A stretch of 64,000 nt of DNA, from NCBI GenBank assembly GCA_026770705.1, contig JANJGN010000546.1, positions 62,001 through 126,000 on the forward strand. The letters run 5' to 3'. How positions within the stretch are numbered: position 1 is the first letter of the stretch; the number at the start of each line of letters is the position of its first letter. This stretch comes from Isurus oxyrinchus. Lineage: Eukaryota. Of this stretch, positions 38,900-52,149 are shown in pieces. Under the pieces are notes generated by a model. The model was not told the DNA's origin. It was given only the letters and a program-made list of their open reading frames with translations, and did not search any database. The position numbers and the translations under genes were made by a program.

Positions 38900-40214
38900 G
38901 TAAGTGCTGTGTTATAATTACTCAACAATTCACATTCAACACTCAATGGGAAATAACACAAACTGTGACATTTACATATTAACACAAAACACAGCTTATT
39001 ATAACAGACTGTCTGATTCTCAATAACCTGGTGATAGCTTCCAGTTCAGTCCTTAAGCAACCTCTAATACTCACTTTAATATCAATGATTAAATGTATTG
39101 ACTGTGTCCATCAATGCTATCAGGTTATCCACTCCCATTAGTCTCCCTAATGCTTTTTAAAAGTCTAACAATTTGACAAAAGAAGGATGTGCATTCCTAT
39201 TGCGCCTTACACCACCTCAGCAAACTTCAAATCACTTCACAGACAATGAAGAAATTCTTGAAGTATAGTCACTGTCTAACGTGGCAGTGAGTTTGTGCAC
39301 AGGAAGATCCCATAGAGAGCAATGGGATCACTGACCCAGATCTCTGAGAGAATGATGAGCCAGGGTTCCATGAGCTGTGGGCTGCTCCATCACCCACACC
39401 CCAGTGTTGGCAATTCAAGGGTCTGGGAGTGAAAGTGTATTCAGCTCAGTGACACATTCCCCACCAAGTTTGAAAATAGGAAAGTTGCTGCTGATTGTTG
39501 TTACCTCTCAGTTCCCATCTCATCCTTGGAAACCTGCTTTCAAAATACAAAAGCAAGTCTCGCATTTCCATAGCGCCTTTCACCACTTCAGGACGATACT
39601 AAATCAATTCACAGTCAATGAAGTGATTCTTGAAGCACACATTCTCCCCACTCTCTGGGTAAAGAAGTTTCTCCTGAATTCCCCATTGGATTTATTAGTG
39701 AGGATGTTATATTGTCAGCCTCTGGTTTTGTTCATTGTGAGGAGTGGAAACACTCTCCCCATGTCTACTCGATCAAAACCTTTCATTACTTCAAAGGTCA
39801 AATGAGGTCACCCCTCAACCTTCTCTGTTCAAGAGAACAGAGACCCAGCCTGTTCATCCTCTCCTGATAGGTAAAGCCTCACATTGCTGAGATCATCCTT
39901 GTGAAGCTTTTTACCACCCTCTCCAGTGTCTCCATATCCTTTTCCAAATGCTGAGTCTGTTCTCCCCGAGCTGTGAGCTGTTCCTCCACCCTCACCCAGT
40001 CTGGTCAAATCAAGGGTCACTGAGTGAGCGTGTATTAATCTGAGTGACAGAGATTCAACAAGTGTAAAAATAGACAATTCTTTAATGATCATTGTAACCT
40101 CTCAGTTCTGATATCATCCTTGTAAAAGTGCTTTCTCTTGTGGGACTGTGATTTCTATTTGAAATGATGCTTCACGTTATATTTCTCTAAAAGGATCCAT
40201 TCTCTGTCTGTTAG

Positions 40215-40511
40215 ATTTCACAGATAAACCCACGATATTCCCTGCTGAAATTATTGCAGGAAAGCGTGTGGATGTAAGCTGCACCTTCAACACAACGTGC
40301 AATGGAACAGCAGCACCTGTCTTAACCTGGGACACTCCCACTGACGTACCTGGATCAGTCTCAAACACTGTAACTCAGCATGGTGTCACTCTGACCTATA
40401 CTTCTGTTCTGACCCTGATCCCATCACTCAAACACCACGGACACACTCTCAGCTGCAGAGTGAGATATCCATCTGTTTCATCGGAGCGGACCCTCGTACT
40501 GACTGTGCTAT
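40215..40511 (+). CDS. Gene C C2-set Ig exon
   Basis: 297 nt, TTAG acceptor and GTAAGT donor, near-identical to the B copies. Confidence 0.88.
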
Positions 40512-40689
40512 GTAAGTACAAACACCCTTCAATCTACATTAGCTGGAATAGTATCAAATGTGCACAGCAAGCTCCCACATACTGCACTTTGTTTATAAAC
40601 AAACCATTGGTATTTAACTGGTAAAAAGTGAGCCCTGACAGGCAGTACATCCTTACTACTGACTCTCCGATAGTGCATCATGGACTCAT

Positions 40690-42400
40690 AGACTCATAGA
40701 CACTTACAGGACAGAAGGAGGCCATTTAGCCCATCATGTCCATGCTGGTCAGCAACTCCCTCCCCAAGTGCATCACCTCATATTTTTCCAGGTTGAATTC
40801 CATTTGCGTCGTGATCATTTCCCCTTTATATAAGTCCAATTCATTTATATACACCACAAACAGCAAGTGCCCCAGCACTGAGCCCTGTGGAACCCCACTG
40901 GAAACAGACATCCAGTCACAGAAACATCCCTCCACCATCACCCTCTGCTTCCTGCCTCAGCCAATATTGGATCCAACGTGCCACTTTGCCTTGGATCCCA
41001 TGGGCTCTTACTTTCTTGGCCTCTCTGCCAAGAGGCACCTGATCAAAAGCCTTCCTCAGCCCATGTCGACCACATCAAAGGCATTACTCTCATCAACACT
41101 CCTGGTTACCTCCTCAAAAGATTTGATCAGGTTTGTCAAACATGACCTTCCCTTAACAAATCCATGCTGAATATCCCAGATTAATCCTTGTCTCTCCCAG
41201 TGCAGATTCATTCTGTCCTTCAGAATTCGTACTAGTAACTTCCCCACCACCGAGGTTAGACTGACTGGCCTGTAATTTCCTGATCTATCCCTTCCTCCCT
41301 TTTTTAATAATGGGACAACATTAGCCATCCTCCAGTCCTCTGGCACCTCACCTGTGGCCAGAGAGGATTTGAAAATTACTGCCAGGGCCCCTGATATCTC
41401 TTCCCTTTCCTCCTTCAACAGCTTTGGATTCATCTCATCTGGGCTTGTGGATTTATCCACTTTTCAGGCCACTAAACCCACTAGTACCTCCTCTCTCTGT
41501 GTTAATTTCCTCTCATATTTCACAGTCCTCCACCCTGATGTTATACCTGCATCATCCTTTTCCATTGTGAAGACTGATGCAAAGTATTCATTGAGGACTG
41601 TACCCACGTCTTCCAGGTCCACACACACATTACCTCGATGGTCCCTAATCAGCCCCACTCTTTCCCGAATTATTCTGCTGCTCTTTGCATATTTAAAAAA
41701 CCCCTCTGGGTTTTGCTTTATTCTACACACCAGTGTTTTCTCATGCACTCTCTTATCTTTCCTAATGTCCTTTTTCAGTTCCCCTCTGCACTATTTATAC
41801 TCCTCTAGGGACTCTGCTGTATTTAGCCCTCAGTATCTGCCATAAGCTTCTCTTTTTTCTAAATTCAAACCTTTATGTTCCTTGTCTTCCAGGGTTCTCC
41901 AGACTTGGTCTCCCTCTTTGTCTTTACAGGAAGATATCTGCTCTGTACTCTCGCTATTCCCTCCTTGAATGCCTCCCACTGCTCTGACACAGTTTTATCT
42001 GCAAAGAGCTTCTCCCAGTCCACTTGGGCCAAATCATATCTCATCTTAGTAACATTAGCCTTTCCCCAGTTTAGAATTTTTATTCCCAGCCCAAACTTAT
42101 CCTTCTCCATAACTGTCCTAAATCCAATTGAGTTACAGTCACCATCTCCCCTACTGATACGCTTTCCAACTTCCCCGGCGCTTTTCCATATATTAGGTCC
42201 AGAACTGTCCCCTCCCTTGTTGAGCTTTCTATGCACAGGCTAAAAATCTTCTCCTGGATGCAACTTCAGAATTTTTCTCCCTCCCTACCTTGCTCACTAA
42301 AGCTGTCCCAGTTAATATTTGGGTAGTTAAAATCCCTGAGTATTACTGCTTTATTATTCTTACACATCTCTGAAATGTGATCACATGTTGGATTGTCCAT
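40690..42400 (-). mobile_element. CR1 LINE ORF2 fragment
   Basis: NYRPVSLTSVVGKLL, HGFVKGRSCLTNL, SGVPQGSVLG. Confidence 0.9.
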
Positions 42401-42496
42401 CTCTCCCTGACTGTTTGTTGGTTTTATATCTTGAGTCTATGAGTTCACTGGTTGAGTAAATTCGAATTGCACTCCATATACACTTGTTAGTTGATA

Positions 42497-42700
42497 AAAA
42501 CAAAAAAACTGCGGATGCTGGAAATCCAAAACAAAAACAGAATTACCTGGAAAAACTCAGCAGGTCTGGCAGCATCGGCGGAGAAGAAAAGAGTTGACGT
42601 TTCGAGTCCTCATGACCTCAGTTCTGTCGAAGGGTCATGAGGACTCGAAACATCAACTCTTTTCTTCTCCCCCGAAGCTGCCAGACCTGTTGAGTTATTC
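42497..42700. mobile_element. Palindromic MITE-like repeat (arms about 42554-42616 and 42633-42696)
   Basis: Near-perfect ~63-bp inverted arms; related half copy at about 21130-21260. Confidence 0.7.
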
Positions 42701-42964
42701 TTAGCTGATGCTCGCTATCAATAACCAAGAGAGACCTACATTAGAACAAGCTGATTATTTATTGTAACAGAGGGCAGAGCACTAAATCCTTGCATGCTCC
42801 CACAGCCACCTCCAGCTCTAGACTTACAGTTAACCAGTGGCCCACACTGTCCAGTGATTGGTCAGTACTGTCACATGGTTTATCCACTTGTATTCTCTTA
42901 AAGGTACCTGGCACTCCACATTATCACAGGAGGCCTATAGTACACACATAACAGCGTGTTTGCC

Positions 42965-43375
42965 TCCTCAGCACTGACCCTTCTACAGTGCAGCACTCCC
43001 TCATTACTGTCTCTCTAATAGTGTAATGATCCCTCAGTAGTGCTCCTCCAACATTGCACTGGTCAATCAGAACTGACGCTCTGACTGTGCAGTTTTACCT
43101 CAGCAGTAACCCTCCTACAGTGCAGTGCTCCCACAGTACTGTCCCTCCTACAGTGCAGCACTCCCTCAGGACTGACCCTCTGACAGTGCAGCACTCCCTC
43201 AGTACTGAACCTCTGGCAGTGCAGCACTCCCTCAGTACTGACTCTCTGACAGTGCAGCACTCCCTCAGTACTGACCCTCTGACAGTGCAGCACTCCCTCA
43301 GTACTGACTCTCTGACAGTGCAGCACTCCCTCAGTACTGACCCTCTGACAGTGCAGCACGCCCTCAATACTGAAC
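42965..43375. repeat. 33-bp satellite array (reverse orientation)
   Basis: Tandem units. Confidence 0.9.
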
Positions 43376-43505
43376 TGAAGTGTCTGCCTGGATTACGGGC
43401 TATGTGGAGAAAGAACCTACATTGACATCACACCTTTCACATTCTCAGTGTCTTTCAAAGTGCTTCACAGTCAGTCTAAGTTAACTGATCTGTATTTGTT
43501 TTTAG

Positions 43506-43787
43506 ACGCACCACGGAATCTCTCAATTACTTCTCCAGATATGATTAACGCTTCATCAATCAGTATAATTGAGTGGAATTCTGCAGTGATAATCTGCTCT
43601 GTCTAGAGCTCCCCAGCTTTTAACCTGATGTGGCGACATCTTAATGTCCCAATGAACAGAACAAGTTCCAACAATGAGCTGTGGTTGGTGATTCCTCACG
43701 TTACATCCAGGGATACTGGAGACTATCAGTGTGTGGCAGAGAATGAACATGGAGCAGTGGAGGGATTCATAACCATCACTGTGGAAT
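43506..43787 (+). pseudogene. Gene C third Ig exon with in-frame TAG (43604-43606)
   Basis: (Y)APRNLSITS...IICSV*SSPAFNLMW...DTGDYQCVAENEHG...TITVE with TTTAG acceptor and GTGAGT donor. Confidence 0.9.
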
Positions 43788-45492
43788 GTGAGTTACACAG
43801 ACTTTAATATTTCTCTCATCTCCGAACACATATACTCAGATGCTCTCCCACGCACACACACACACAAGCACTCACAAATGTACAAACCCTAAGTGCATGC
43901 ACACACACAATCCCACACTCATGAGCACACAGAAAGACACACTCACACACAAACACAGTAGTACACACTTCCCTGTGAGTTACCTGACCTCCCTCAGTAC
44001 TGCACTGGAGAGTTCTCCTGGATTCTGGGATATGTGTTCCCATTCATATTTATCGAAGAATATCCAAATTACAAAGTCTATTCCAGAAACTCACATGCAC
44101 AAAGATTCCAACAGATACTCCCCACTTCTCCGTGTCTCTCTCTCCTCCTTTAAGAAGCTTCCTAATCCCGAACTCTTGCCTGCCCTAACTCCTCCTTATC
44201 ATGCCCTGTGTCAAATTTTTTGTGTATCTGAGAGAAAGGGAGAGATAAGGAAGTTTAGGAAGGGATTTCCTGTTAGTGAAGAGCTTACTTCTTTTTCTCA
44301 CCTTTCCAGTGTTCAGTTTTGCCATCATGTCCAATGACCCTGTTTATAATGGGGGCATCCTATGTAAACGTCACACTGTCTTTACATCCTCCCACCAGTG
44401 GTGGCACTGTGGTGCTTAAGCTTGCACCTCCCAGCTTTTCAGCCAACTTCACTTCACAATTTGCTACACATGCTGTAAGGTCATCAAAATTAACATATAT
44501 CAAATGGTAGATTTGATAATACAGTTTATTGAAAGGTTCATCCGCGCTCTGGGAAGGGTTTACACTCTCCAGGAAGCAAAAATAGGCTGGATGTTGGAGA
44601 GTTCATCTTTTCCCAGAGAGTAGGGATCCTCGGGAATGTGCTGTCAGTGGGTGTGGTGGTTGCTGTCTCTCTGTTGCCTTCAAGAGGGATCTGGAGTGGT
44701 TACTAACTGGGGGAGAGATCATGGAAGCGGAGAATGGTACAGCACAGGAGGAGGCCATTCAGCCCATTGAGCCTGTGCCAGGTCTTTCAATGTTCTATCC
44801 AATCAGATCCACTAACCACCACACCACTTTGCCCCCATCTTCTTCCTTCAAGTGTTTATCCAATTTCCCTTTTGAAAGTTCCTATTGAATCTGCTTCCAC
44901 TGCCCTTTCAGGCAGCACCTTCCAGATCACAACAACTCGCTCTGTCAAAACAAATTCTCCTCATCTCCCCCTCCGGTTCGTCAATCTGTGTCCCTCTGGT
45001 TACCGACCCTCCTGCCCCTTAAATACATCGATACTGTTCACCTCAACCACTCCCTGTGGGAGCGAGTTCCACATTCTCCCCTTTCTCTGGGTAAAGATTG
45101 GAACTGTTTATTAAGTGGGGCGTGTAAGTCCGTGGGGGAGTCCATCTCGATCCTGCCCGATTCGCACACGCGTCCGAGATGGATTTCCACCCTGCACTAA
45201 ACGTTTCCAGAATTTTCTACAGCACAATCCTGTACACAGCGATGGAGAGAAACATTGGACAGGGAGTCCAACAGCACAATAATCCATTCTCACCAATGTT
45301 CCACGCTAAGGGGAAAGTTCCGATTGTCCACTCTTAGAGTGTTTACAATGAAAACATTCATTCCACATTGAATCCCAGTGGATGGGTCAATATTACAGCA
45401 AATGTTGCAATGATATGAAGCTTGATTGTTCAGCCAGAGTGAGAGATTGAAAGCGGAGAGTCAGTGATGATTTCTTTCTGTGTGTTCTCTAG

Positions 45493-45677
45493 ACAGTGGA
45501 GGAGAGATTCTGCATGTGATCCTGATCCTGGGAATACGAGCTGTGATATTCCTTGTGGCTGTGGTTATCACTATCTTCTGGAGTCTGTGTCTGGGAGAGA
45601 CAAACAGTGAAAGGAAGTCGACAGACTGTTTGAAGCTTTGTACAGCAACAATCTGGTCAGTCAGTGTGGACAAATAA
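45493..45677 (+). CDS. Gene C transmembrane/terminal exon with TM Arg and a frameshifted tail (..VITIFWSLCLGETNSERKSTDCLKLCTATIWSVSVDK*)
   Basis: Inverted paralog of 11759-11898 with a 1-nt indel after the TM. Confidence 0.8.
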
Positions 45678-45749
45678 CGTGTGATGTTGGGTTAAGTTGT
45701 AATGAAACTGGTCAGTGTCCTGGTTAGAATCACCTTCGTATCAGAGAGG

Positions 45750-46360
45750 CATTCCAGCACAGTAGGAGCCCATTCAGCCCATTGAGTCCATGCTGTCTCT
45801 GTGTAGAGCAATCCACTCAGTCCCATTTCCCCCTCTCTATCCCCGTATCTCTGCAAGTTTATTTCCCCTCAAGTGTCCAACCAATTTCTGTTTGATATCG
45901 TTCATCGTCTCCACTTCCACCATCCTCGTAGGCAGCGAGTTCCAGCTCATTACCACTTGCTGTGTAAAAAAGTTCCTCCTCACATCCCCCCTCTGCCCAA
46001 AACCTTCAATCTGTGTCCCCCAGTCCTTGTACCATCAGCTAATGGCAACAGCTTCTCTTTGTCTGCCTTATCTAAACCCATCATCATCTTGTACACCTCG
46101 ATCAGATCCCCCTCAATCTCCTTTGCTCCAAGGAGAACAACCCCAGCTTCTCCAACCCAACCTTGTAGCTAAAATCCCTCATCCCTGGACCCATTCTGCT
46201 CAATCTCCTCCCCACCCTCTCAAGGACCCTCACTTCCTTCCCAAAGTGAGGAGACCAGAACTGGACACAATACTCTAGTTGTGACCTAACCAGAGCTTTA
46301 TAAATGTTCAGCATAACCTCCCTGTGTTTGTACTCAATCCCTCGATTTATGAAAAGCTTA
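45750..46360 (-). mobile_element. CR1 LINE 3' fragment (duplicate of 11050-11640)
   Basis: Same YKALVRSQLEYCVQFWSPH peptide. Confidence 0.88.
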
Positions 46361-47059
46361 TTCTTTCCATCAGCACAAACAGCAATTTCCAAGCGGACTC
46401 CCATCAGCATACAGTGCAATGAAACATCGGCATGCCTGCTTCTTAATGTACGGAGAGAAACCTGGAACGAGAGATTCTCCTTCTTCTCCTCAGCAAGCTG
46501 AAACTTTTCCTTATACCTGGTGCTCCCCAGTCCTGCTGTGTGGACACATCATAACCACGGCATTGTCTGGCTGTGTGCAGCCAACATGGTCGAATAGGAA
46601 TGAACAGAAATGTGACGTTGCTAAACTCTGTTCTCTGATTGGAATGTGCTTTCTGAATGCTGCACCTTTTTCATGCTGCGATAGATTGTAAGAAGCATTT
46701 GGGTTATGAATAAAATTACATTGATTAACACAAGTGATTAAAATGCTCAGGCTGTTCTGTAGCTATTTATAGATTAAAATTCTTATTTTGCTGCCAAATT
46801 CTTGGCTCAAAGACATTACTTCATGTTGTCACGTTTTCCAATCAGATGAATTCCTGTGCCCATCTTTATAATAGAAATTTCCAAAGTAAACATGTCACAT
46901 TGCAGCTGCACACACTCCTGCCAGTGGGTGGTGCGATATGAAGGCTGCCTTGCTGCTCAGAAACAGCGAGAAATATTCCTGTTTTTGCATGAACTTCATG
47001 TCTGCATGAAACACAGGCATCAGATGCAATTTTGTACAATTTGTACAATGTTCTTTAGA

Positions 47060-47445
47060 CAGCACAGCACTCCCTCTGTTCAAACCCTCCAACAGTGCAG
47101 CACTCCCTCAGTTCAAACCCTCCGACATTGCAGCTCTACCTCAGTTCAAACCCTCCGACAGTGCAGCACTCCCTCAGTTCAAACCCTCCGATAGTGCAGC
47201 ACTCCCTCAGTTCAAACCCTCTGACAGTGCAGCACTCCCTCAGTTCAAACCCTCCGACAGTGCAGCACTCCCTAAGTACTGAACCTCCGACAGTGCTGCA
47301 CTCCCTCAGTACTGACCCTCCGACAGTGCAGCACTCCCTCGGTACTGAACCTCCGACAGTGCTGCACTCCCTCAGTTCAGACCCTCTGACAGTGCAGCAC
47401 TCCCTCAGTACTGATCCTCCGACAGTGCTGCACTACCTCACTAAT
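47060..47445. repeat. 33-bp satellite array
   Basis: Tandem variant units. Confidence 0.88.
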
Positions 47446-47819
47446 TAGCGATTGGAAAGTTTATGTTCATTTATCTTTATTTTCCATTCCTATTGAGCAA
47501 TGGAGCTCCTGATTTGTCACCTTTCTGTACCTCGTCCAATGCTTCTTTTATCAGGACTTCCACATCGATGTGAAAGAGCCATGATGATAGCAGACAGTCG
47601 CACAATGGGAATGGCACTAGGCCAGTGATCCAGAGGCCCAGGTGAATGCTTTGAAGGCACGGGTTCAAATCCCACCACGGCAGCTGGAGGAATTTCGATT
47701 CGATTAATCAATAAATTTAATTGATTGATACATTTTTTTCTTATTCATTTCAGGGATGTTGGTGTTGCTGACTAGGCCAGTATTTGTTGCCCATCCCCAA
47801 TTGCCTTTGAGAACATATG

Positions 47820-48760
47820 GATATCTGAGTTAGGATCAGGAGTAGGTCACTCAGCCCCTCGAACCTGCTCCGCCATTCAGTAAGATCATGGCTGATCTGA
47901 TTGTCACCTCAACCTCACATTCCTGTCTACCCCCAATGACCTTTCACCCCCTTGTTAATCAAGAATCTATCTAGCTCTGCCTTAAAAATATTCAAAGACC
48001 CTGTTTCCACTGCCTTTTGAGGCAGAGTGTTCCAAAGACTCACTACCCTCTGAGAGAAAACATTTCGCCTCATCTCTATCTTAAATGAGCGACCCCTTAT
48101 TTTTAAACCATGACCCCCTAGTTCTAGATTCTCACACAAGAGGGAACATCCTCTCCATATCCACCCTGTCAAGACTCCCCTGGATCTTAAAGGTTTTAAT
48201 TAAGTCGCCTCTTACTCTTCTAAACTCCAGTGGATACAAGCCTAACCTGTCCAACCTGACCTCATAAGACAAACCACCCATTCCTGGTATTAGTCTAGTA
48301 AACCTTCTCTGAACTGCTTCTAATGCATTTACATCTTTCTTTAAGTAAGGTGACCTTACTGTACAGAGTACTCCAGATGTGGTCTCACCAGTGCCCTGTA
48401 CAACTGAACGTAACCTCCCTACTTTTCTATTCAATTCCCCCACAGTAAATTATAACATCCCATTAGCTTTCCTCATGACCTGCTGTATCTGCAAACCAGC
48501 CTTTTGTGATTCATGCACGAGGACACCCAGATCCCTCTGCATCTCAGAGCTCTACCATCTCTCACCTTTTAGATAATAATCTTCCTTCTTGTTCTTTCTG
48601 ACAAAATGAACAATTTCACATGCGCCCACATTATACACCATTTGTCAGATCTTTGCCCACTCACTTAACCTATCGATGTCACTTTCCAACCACCTTACAT
48701 CCTCTTCACAATTTACTTTCCAACCTATCTTTGTGTCAGCAGCTCATTTAGCCGCCATTC
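47820..48760 (-). mobile_element. CR1 LINE 3' fragment
   Basis: LEAVQRRFTRLIPGM, LEFRRVRGDLI, FSQRVVSLWN. Confidence 0.88.
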
Positions 48761-49239
48761 CTGGGCAGTCCAGGTGCTTCTCCACCGAGGTTCAAATGAG
48801 CACAGTTTATATATTTTTTACTCTCAGTTACAAGGTAATGGTATTAGTTAGACACAGGCCACAGCACAATGACCCTCCGGTGGGCTGATAATTGTGTTCT
48901 TGTTCAGTAATTACAGGGCAGAGACTGGCTATTGTCCTTTTGAGACAGCAAAGAATCTATGTTTGTTCACTACAAAAGGTTTCCGGAGGCTGACTGGATG
49001 TGGTTCAAGGCCATCGGACGGTGTGAAATAACCTTCCCCATTTCTTGATTGAGTCACCCTGTGTCCTTGTGTGTGTGTCTCCCATTTCCTCATTGCAAAT
49101 TTACAGCTGAGCCCTTTGTACAGGTTTTTAGCTTTCACGTAAGGATGTGATTGTCTGTGTACGCTTTGTCACCCTAGCTGCTGGTCCTGGCTGGCTCTTT
49201 AAAATAAATCCAAATTTTCTGCACCTTCAATGAGATTCT

Positions 49240-50300
49240 CTCTTGTTGGAGCTGGTCATTGCCTGGCACTTGTGTGGCATGAATGTTACTTGTCACCTGT
49301 CAGCCCAAGCCTGGATGTTGTCCAGGTCTTGCTGCATTTGGACATAACTTGCTTCAGTATCTGAGGAGCCGTGAATGGTGCTGAACATTGTGCAAACATC
49401 AGCAAAAATCCCCAATTCTGACCTTATGATGGAAGGAAGGACATTGATGAAGCAGCTGAAGATGGTTGAGCCTAGGACACTACCCTGAGTAACTCCTGCA
49501 GTGATGTCCTGGAACTGAGATGATTGACCCCCAATAATCACAACCATCGTCCTTTGTGCTGGGTATGACTCCAAGCAGCAGAGAGTTTTCCCCCGATTCC
49601 CATTGACTCCAGTTTTGCTCGGGCTCCTTGATTTGCCACATTCAGTCAAATGCTGCCATGATGTCAAGGGCAGTCCCTCTCACCTCACCTCTGGAGTTCA
49701 GCTCATTTGTGCATGTTTGAACCAAGGCTGTAATGAGGCCAGGAGCTGAATGATCCTGGTGGAACACAAACTGAGCGTCAGTGAGCAGGTTCTTGGTAAG
49801 CAGGTGCTGCTTGCAAGCGCTGTTGATGACCCCTTCAATCACTTTAGTAATGATCAAGAATAGACTGCTGGGGAATTGGCTGGGTTGGATTTGTCCTGCT
49901 TTTTGTGTACAGGATGTACCCCATAGCCGGGTAGTTGCCAGTGTTGCAGCTGTACTAGAAAATTCCAGAAAAGCTTGGCTAGGGGCGCAGCAAGTTCTGG
50001 AGCACAAGTCTTCAGTACTATTGCCGGAATAATGTCAGGGTCTGGAGCATTTGCAATATCCAGTGCCTTCAGCCCTTCCTTGATGTCACGTGGAATTAAT
50101 CGAATTGGCTAAAGATTGGCATCTGTGATGCTGGGGACCTCAGGAGGAGGCCGAGATGGATCACCCACTCAGCACTTCTGGCTGAAGGTTGTTGCGCATG
50201 CTTCAGTCTTGTCTTTTGCACCGATGTGCTGGGCTCCTCCATCATTGAGGATGAGGATATTTGTGGAGACTCCTCCTCCAGTGAGTTGTTTAATTGTCCA
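49240..50300 (-). mobile_element. LINE reverse transcriptase fragment (CR1/L2 group)
   Basis: AGVTQGSVLGSTIFSCFIN, ALDIMAAFD, QQDLDNIQAWAD. Confidence 0.8.
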
Positions 50301-52149
50301 CGACTGGATGTGACATCTGGAATGCGAAGCTAGTCTCAGTAATGGTGACCATGAAACTAAGGCCAATTGTTGCAAAAACCCATCTGGGTCACTAATGCCC
50401 TTTGGGGAAGGAAACCTGCCGTCCTTACCCATTCTGGCCTACGTGTGACTCCTGACCCACAGCAATGTGGTTGACTCTTAACTGGCCCCTGAAATGGCCG
50501 AGCAAGCCACTGAGTTATATCAAAACCCGCCACAGACCAGTCAAACCAGGTGAACTGCAGCACTTCGAAAAGGCAGCTCAGCACCCCCTTCTCAAGGGGT
50601 CAGTCAGGAACAGGTAACAAACGCTGTCCACATCCCGTGAAAGAATTTTGGTAAAAAGGTAGCCGTGTATCACCACCCACGGCCAGCGCCAACCCCCCCA
50701 CCCCTACCTGATTGCACCAGTTTCAGATTATACCAGGTCAATGAACGGATAGAAACCCAAACCAATGAGATGAGCACAGAGAAGGATCAAGCCAGAGAGA
50801 GTTGGTGGGAAGAATTGGGAAAGCAACAAAAAAGGCAGAGCGGACACTAACACTATAACAAAGTAAAGACCAGAGGAGGAAGGAAGCAAGTGTGAAGAGG
50901 AATTGAGAGTAGAGCTGGTAGGCTGCTTGTCGAAGCCAAGGAACCTCCATAGGGCACACCCACAGTGCTTTTGGGGAGGGAGTTACATGATTTTGACCCA
51001 GGATCATCAAGTGTTGCGCTGGCAGACCCTTTAAAGTAAAGGGACCTTCACTACCTGCGCACCACCCCGCCCTACAAAGTTGTTGACCTGCTGAGTCCAC
51101 CTGTACAGGCAACCTCCAGACAGTTGGCTACAGAGGCCATTGCAGCTGCTGAATATGACTTCCAGTTTCAAAACCTTCATGAATGCAAGGATGGAGAATT
51201 CAGCAGGAATATTCCTGCACATCCTGTGGCAGATCCTGTAAATAAAAGGGACCTTCACTCACTCCCCAAAGCTGCTGACCTGCTGATTCACATCTACAGG
51301 CAACCTCCAAACAGTCGACTAGAGAAGACAATGCAGCTGCTGAATGTGACTCCTAGCATCAAACCCTTCACTCTGGAAAGAAGGAATCCAGAGCAATGGC
51401 CTCACTATGATACTTGACAGAAACTGATTTTAAATCTCATCTCTAAGTATTATTTTTCCTTTGTTTACATTTTAATCCCTGCACCTGATGGCTTTATCGC
51501 TTCAACTTAAATAACTTTCAGCAGGAGCCAGGTTCAAATGGAATGGACAAGCAGGCTCGGGGGGGCCAAATGGCCTACTCCTGCTTCTGTTTATTTATGT
51601 TGGTGTTGTTATGTAGTGGAACTAGAGAGGTTATAGCAGTTATGAGAGCATTAAGCAAACAGCAGCAAGAATTGAACACCTACGTTGTGGTTTATGAAAA
51701 GGTTTTCTACCTGGTCAACTGGTAAAATCTGTTGAAAGTGGGCTATCATGGCGTGTGCCCTTTGTGAGATATTTGTAACAACGTTCTCGATGTCGGAACA
51801 GCTTGCATTGAACAAAGCTGATCTTTACCCAGAACTTCAGAGGAAGGGGGGACAATTGTTCCCTGGTGTGGGGGGCATGGTGGGGGGGGAGGGTGAGGGG
51901 GAGACAAATAGCCTGAAATACCAAGCCAGACACTTTGTGAAGACAAAAGTTCTTTATTCATTTTTTTTCACAAATCATAATCTTTACAATTAAAGTCCCG
52001 ACAAGATAATGGTGAATCATGAACACATTGTCGGGGTGAATCTGTGCCCGGGAGTATAAAGCAGCAAAATCAGGAGCCCGCTTTACATCTCTCTGAATTT
52101 TAACTATCATTAACCCCAGTTACATCCATTCAAATGACTGTCATAAGAT

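Noticed and set aside
2011-38982. V exons as rearranging Ig/TCR/IgNAR segments
   Set aside because: No F-strand YxC, the G strand is encoded in the exon, and each ends in a splice donor rather than an RSS; the Cys pattern is Siglec-type
44360-44412. Recurrent CCACCAGTGGTGGCAC motif (also near 10460, 12420, 32270, 46920) as CTCF sites
   Set aside because: Needs a gap to fit the CTCF consensus and is more simply a small dispersed repeat or duplicated sequence
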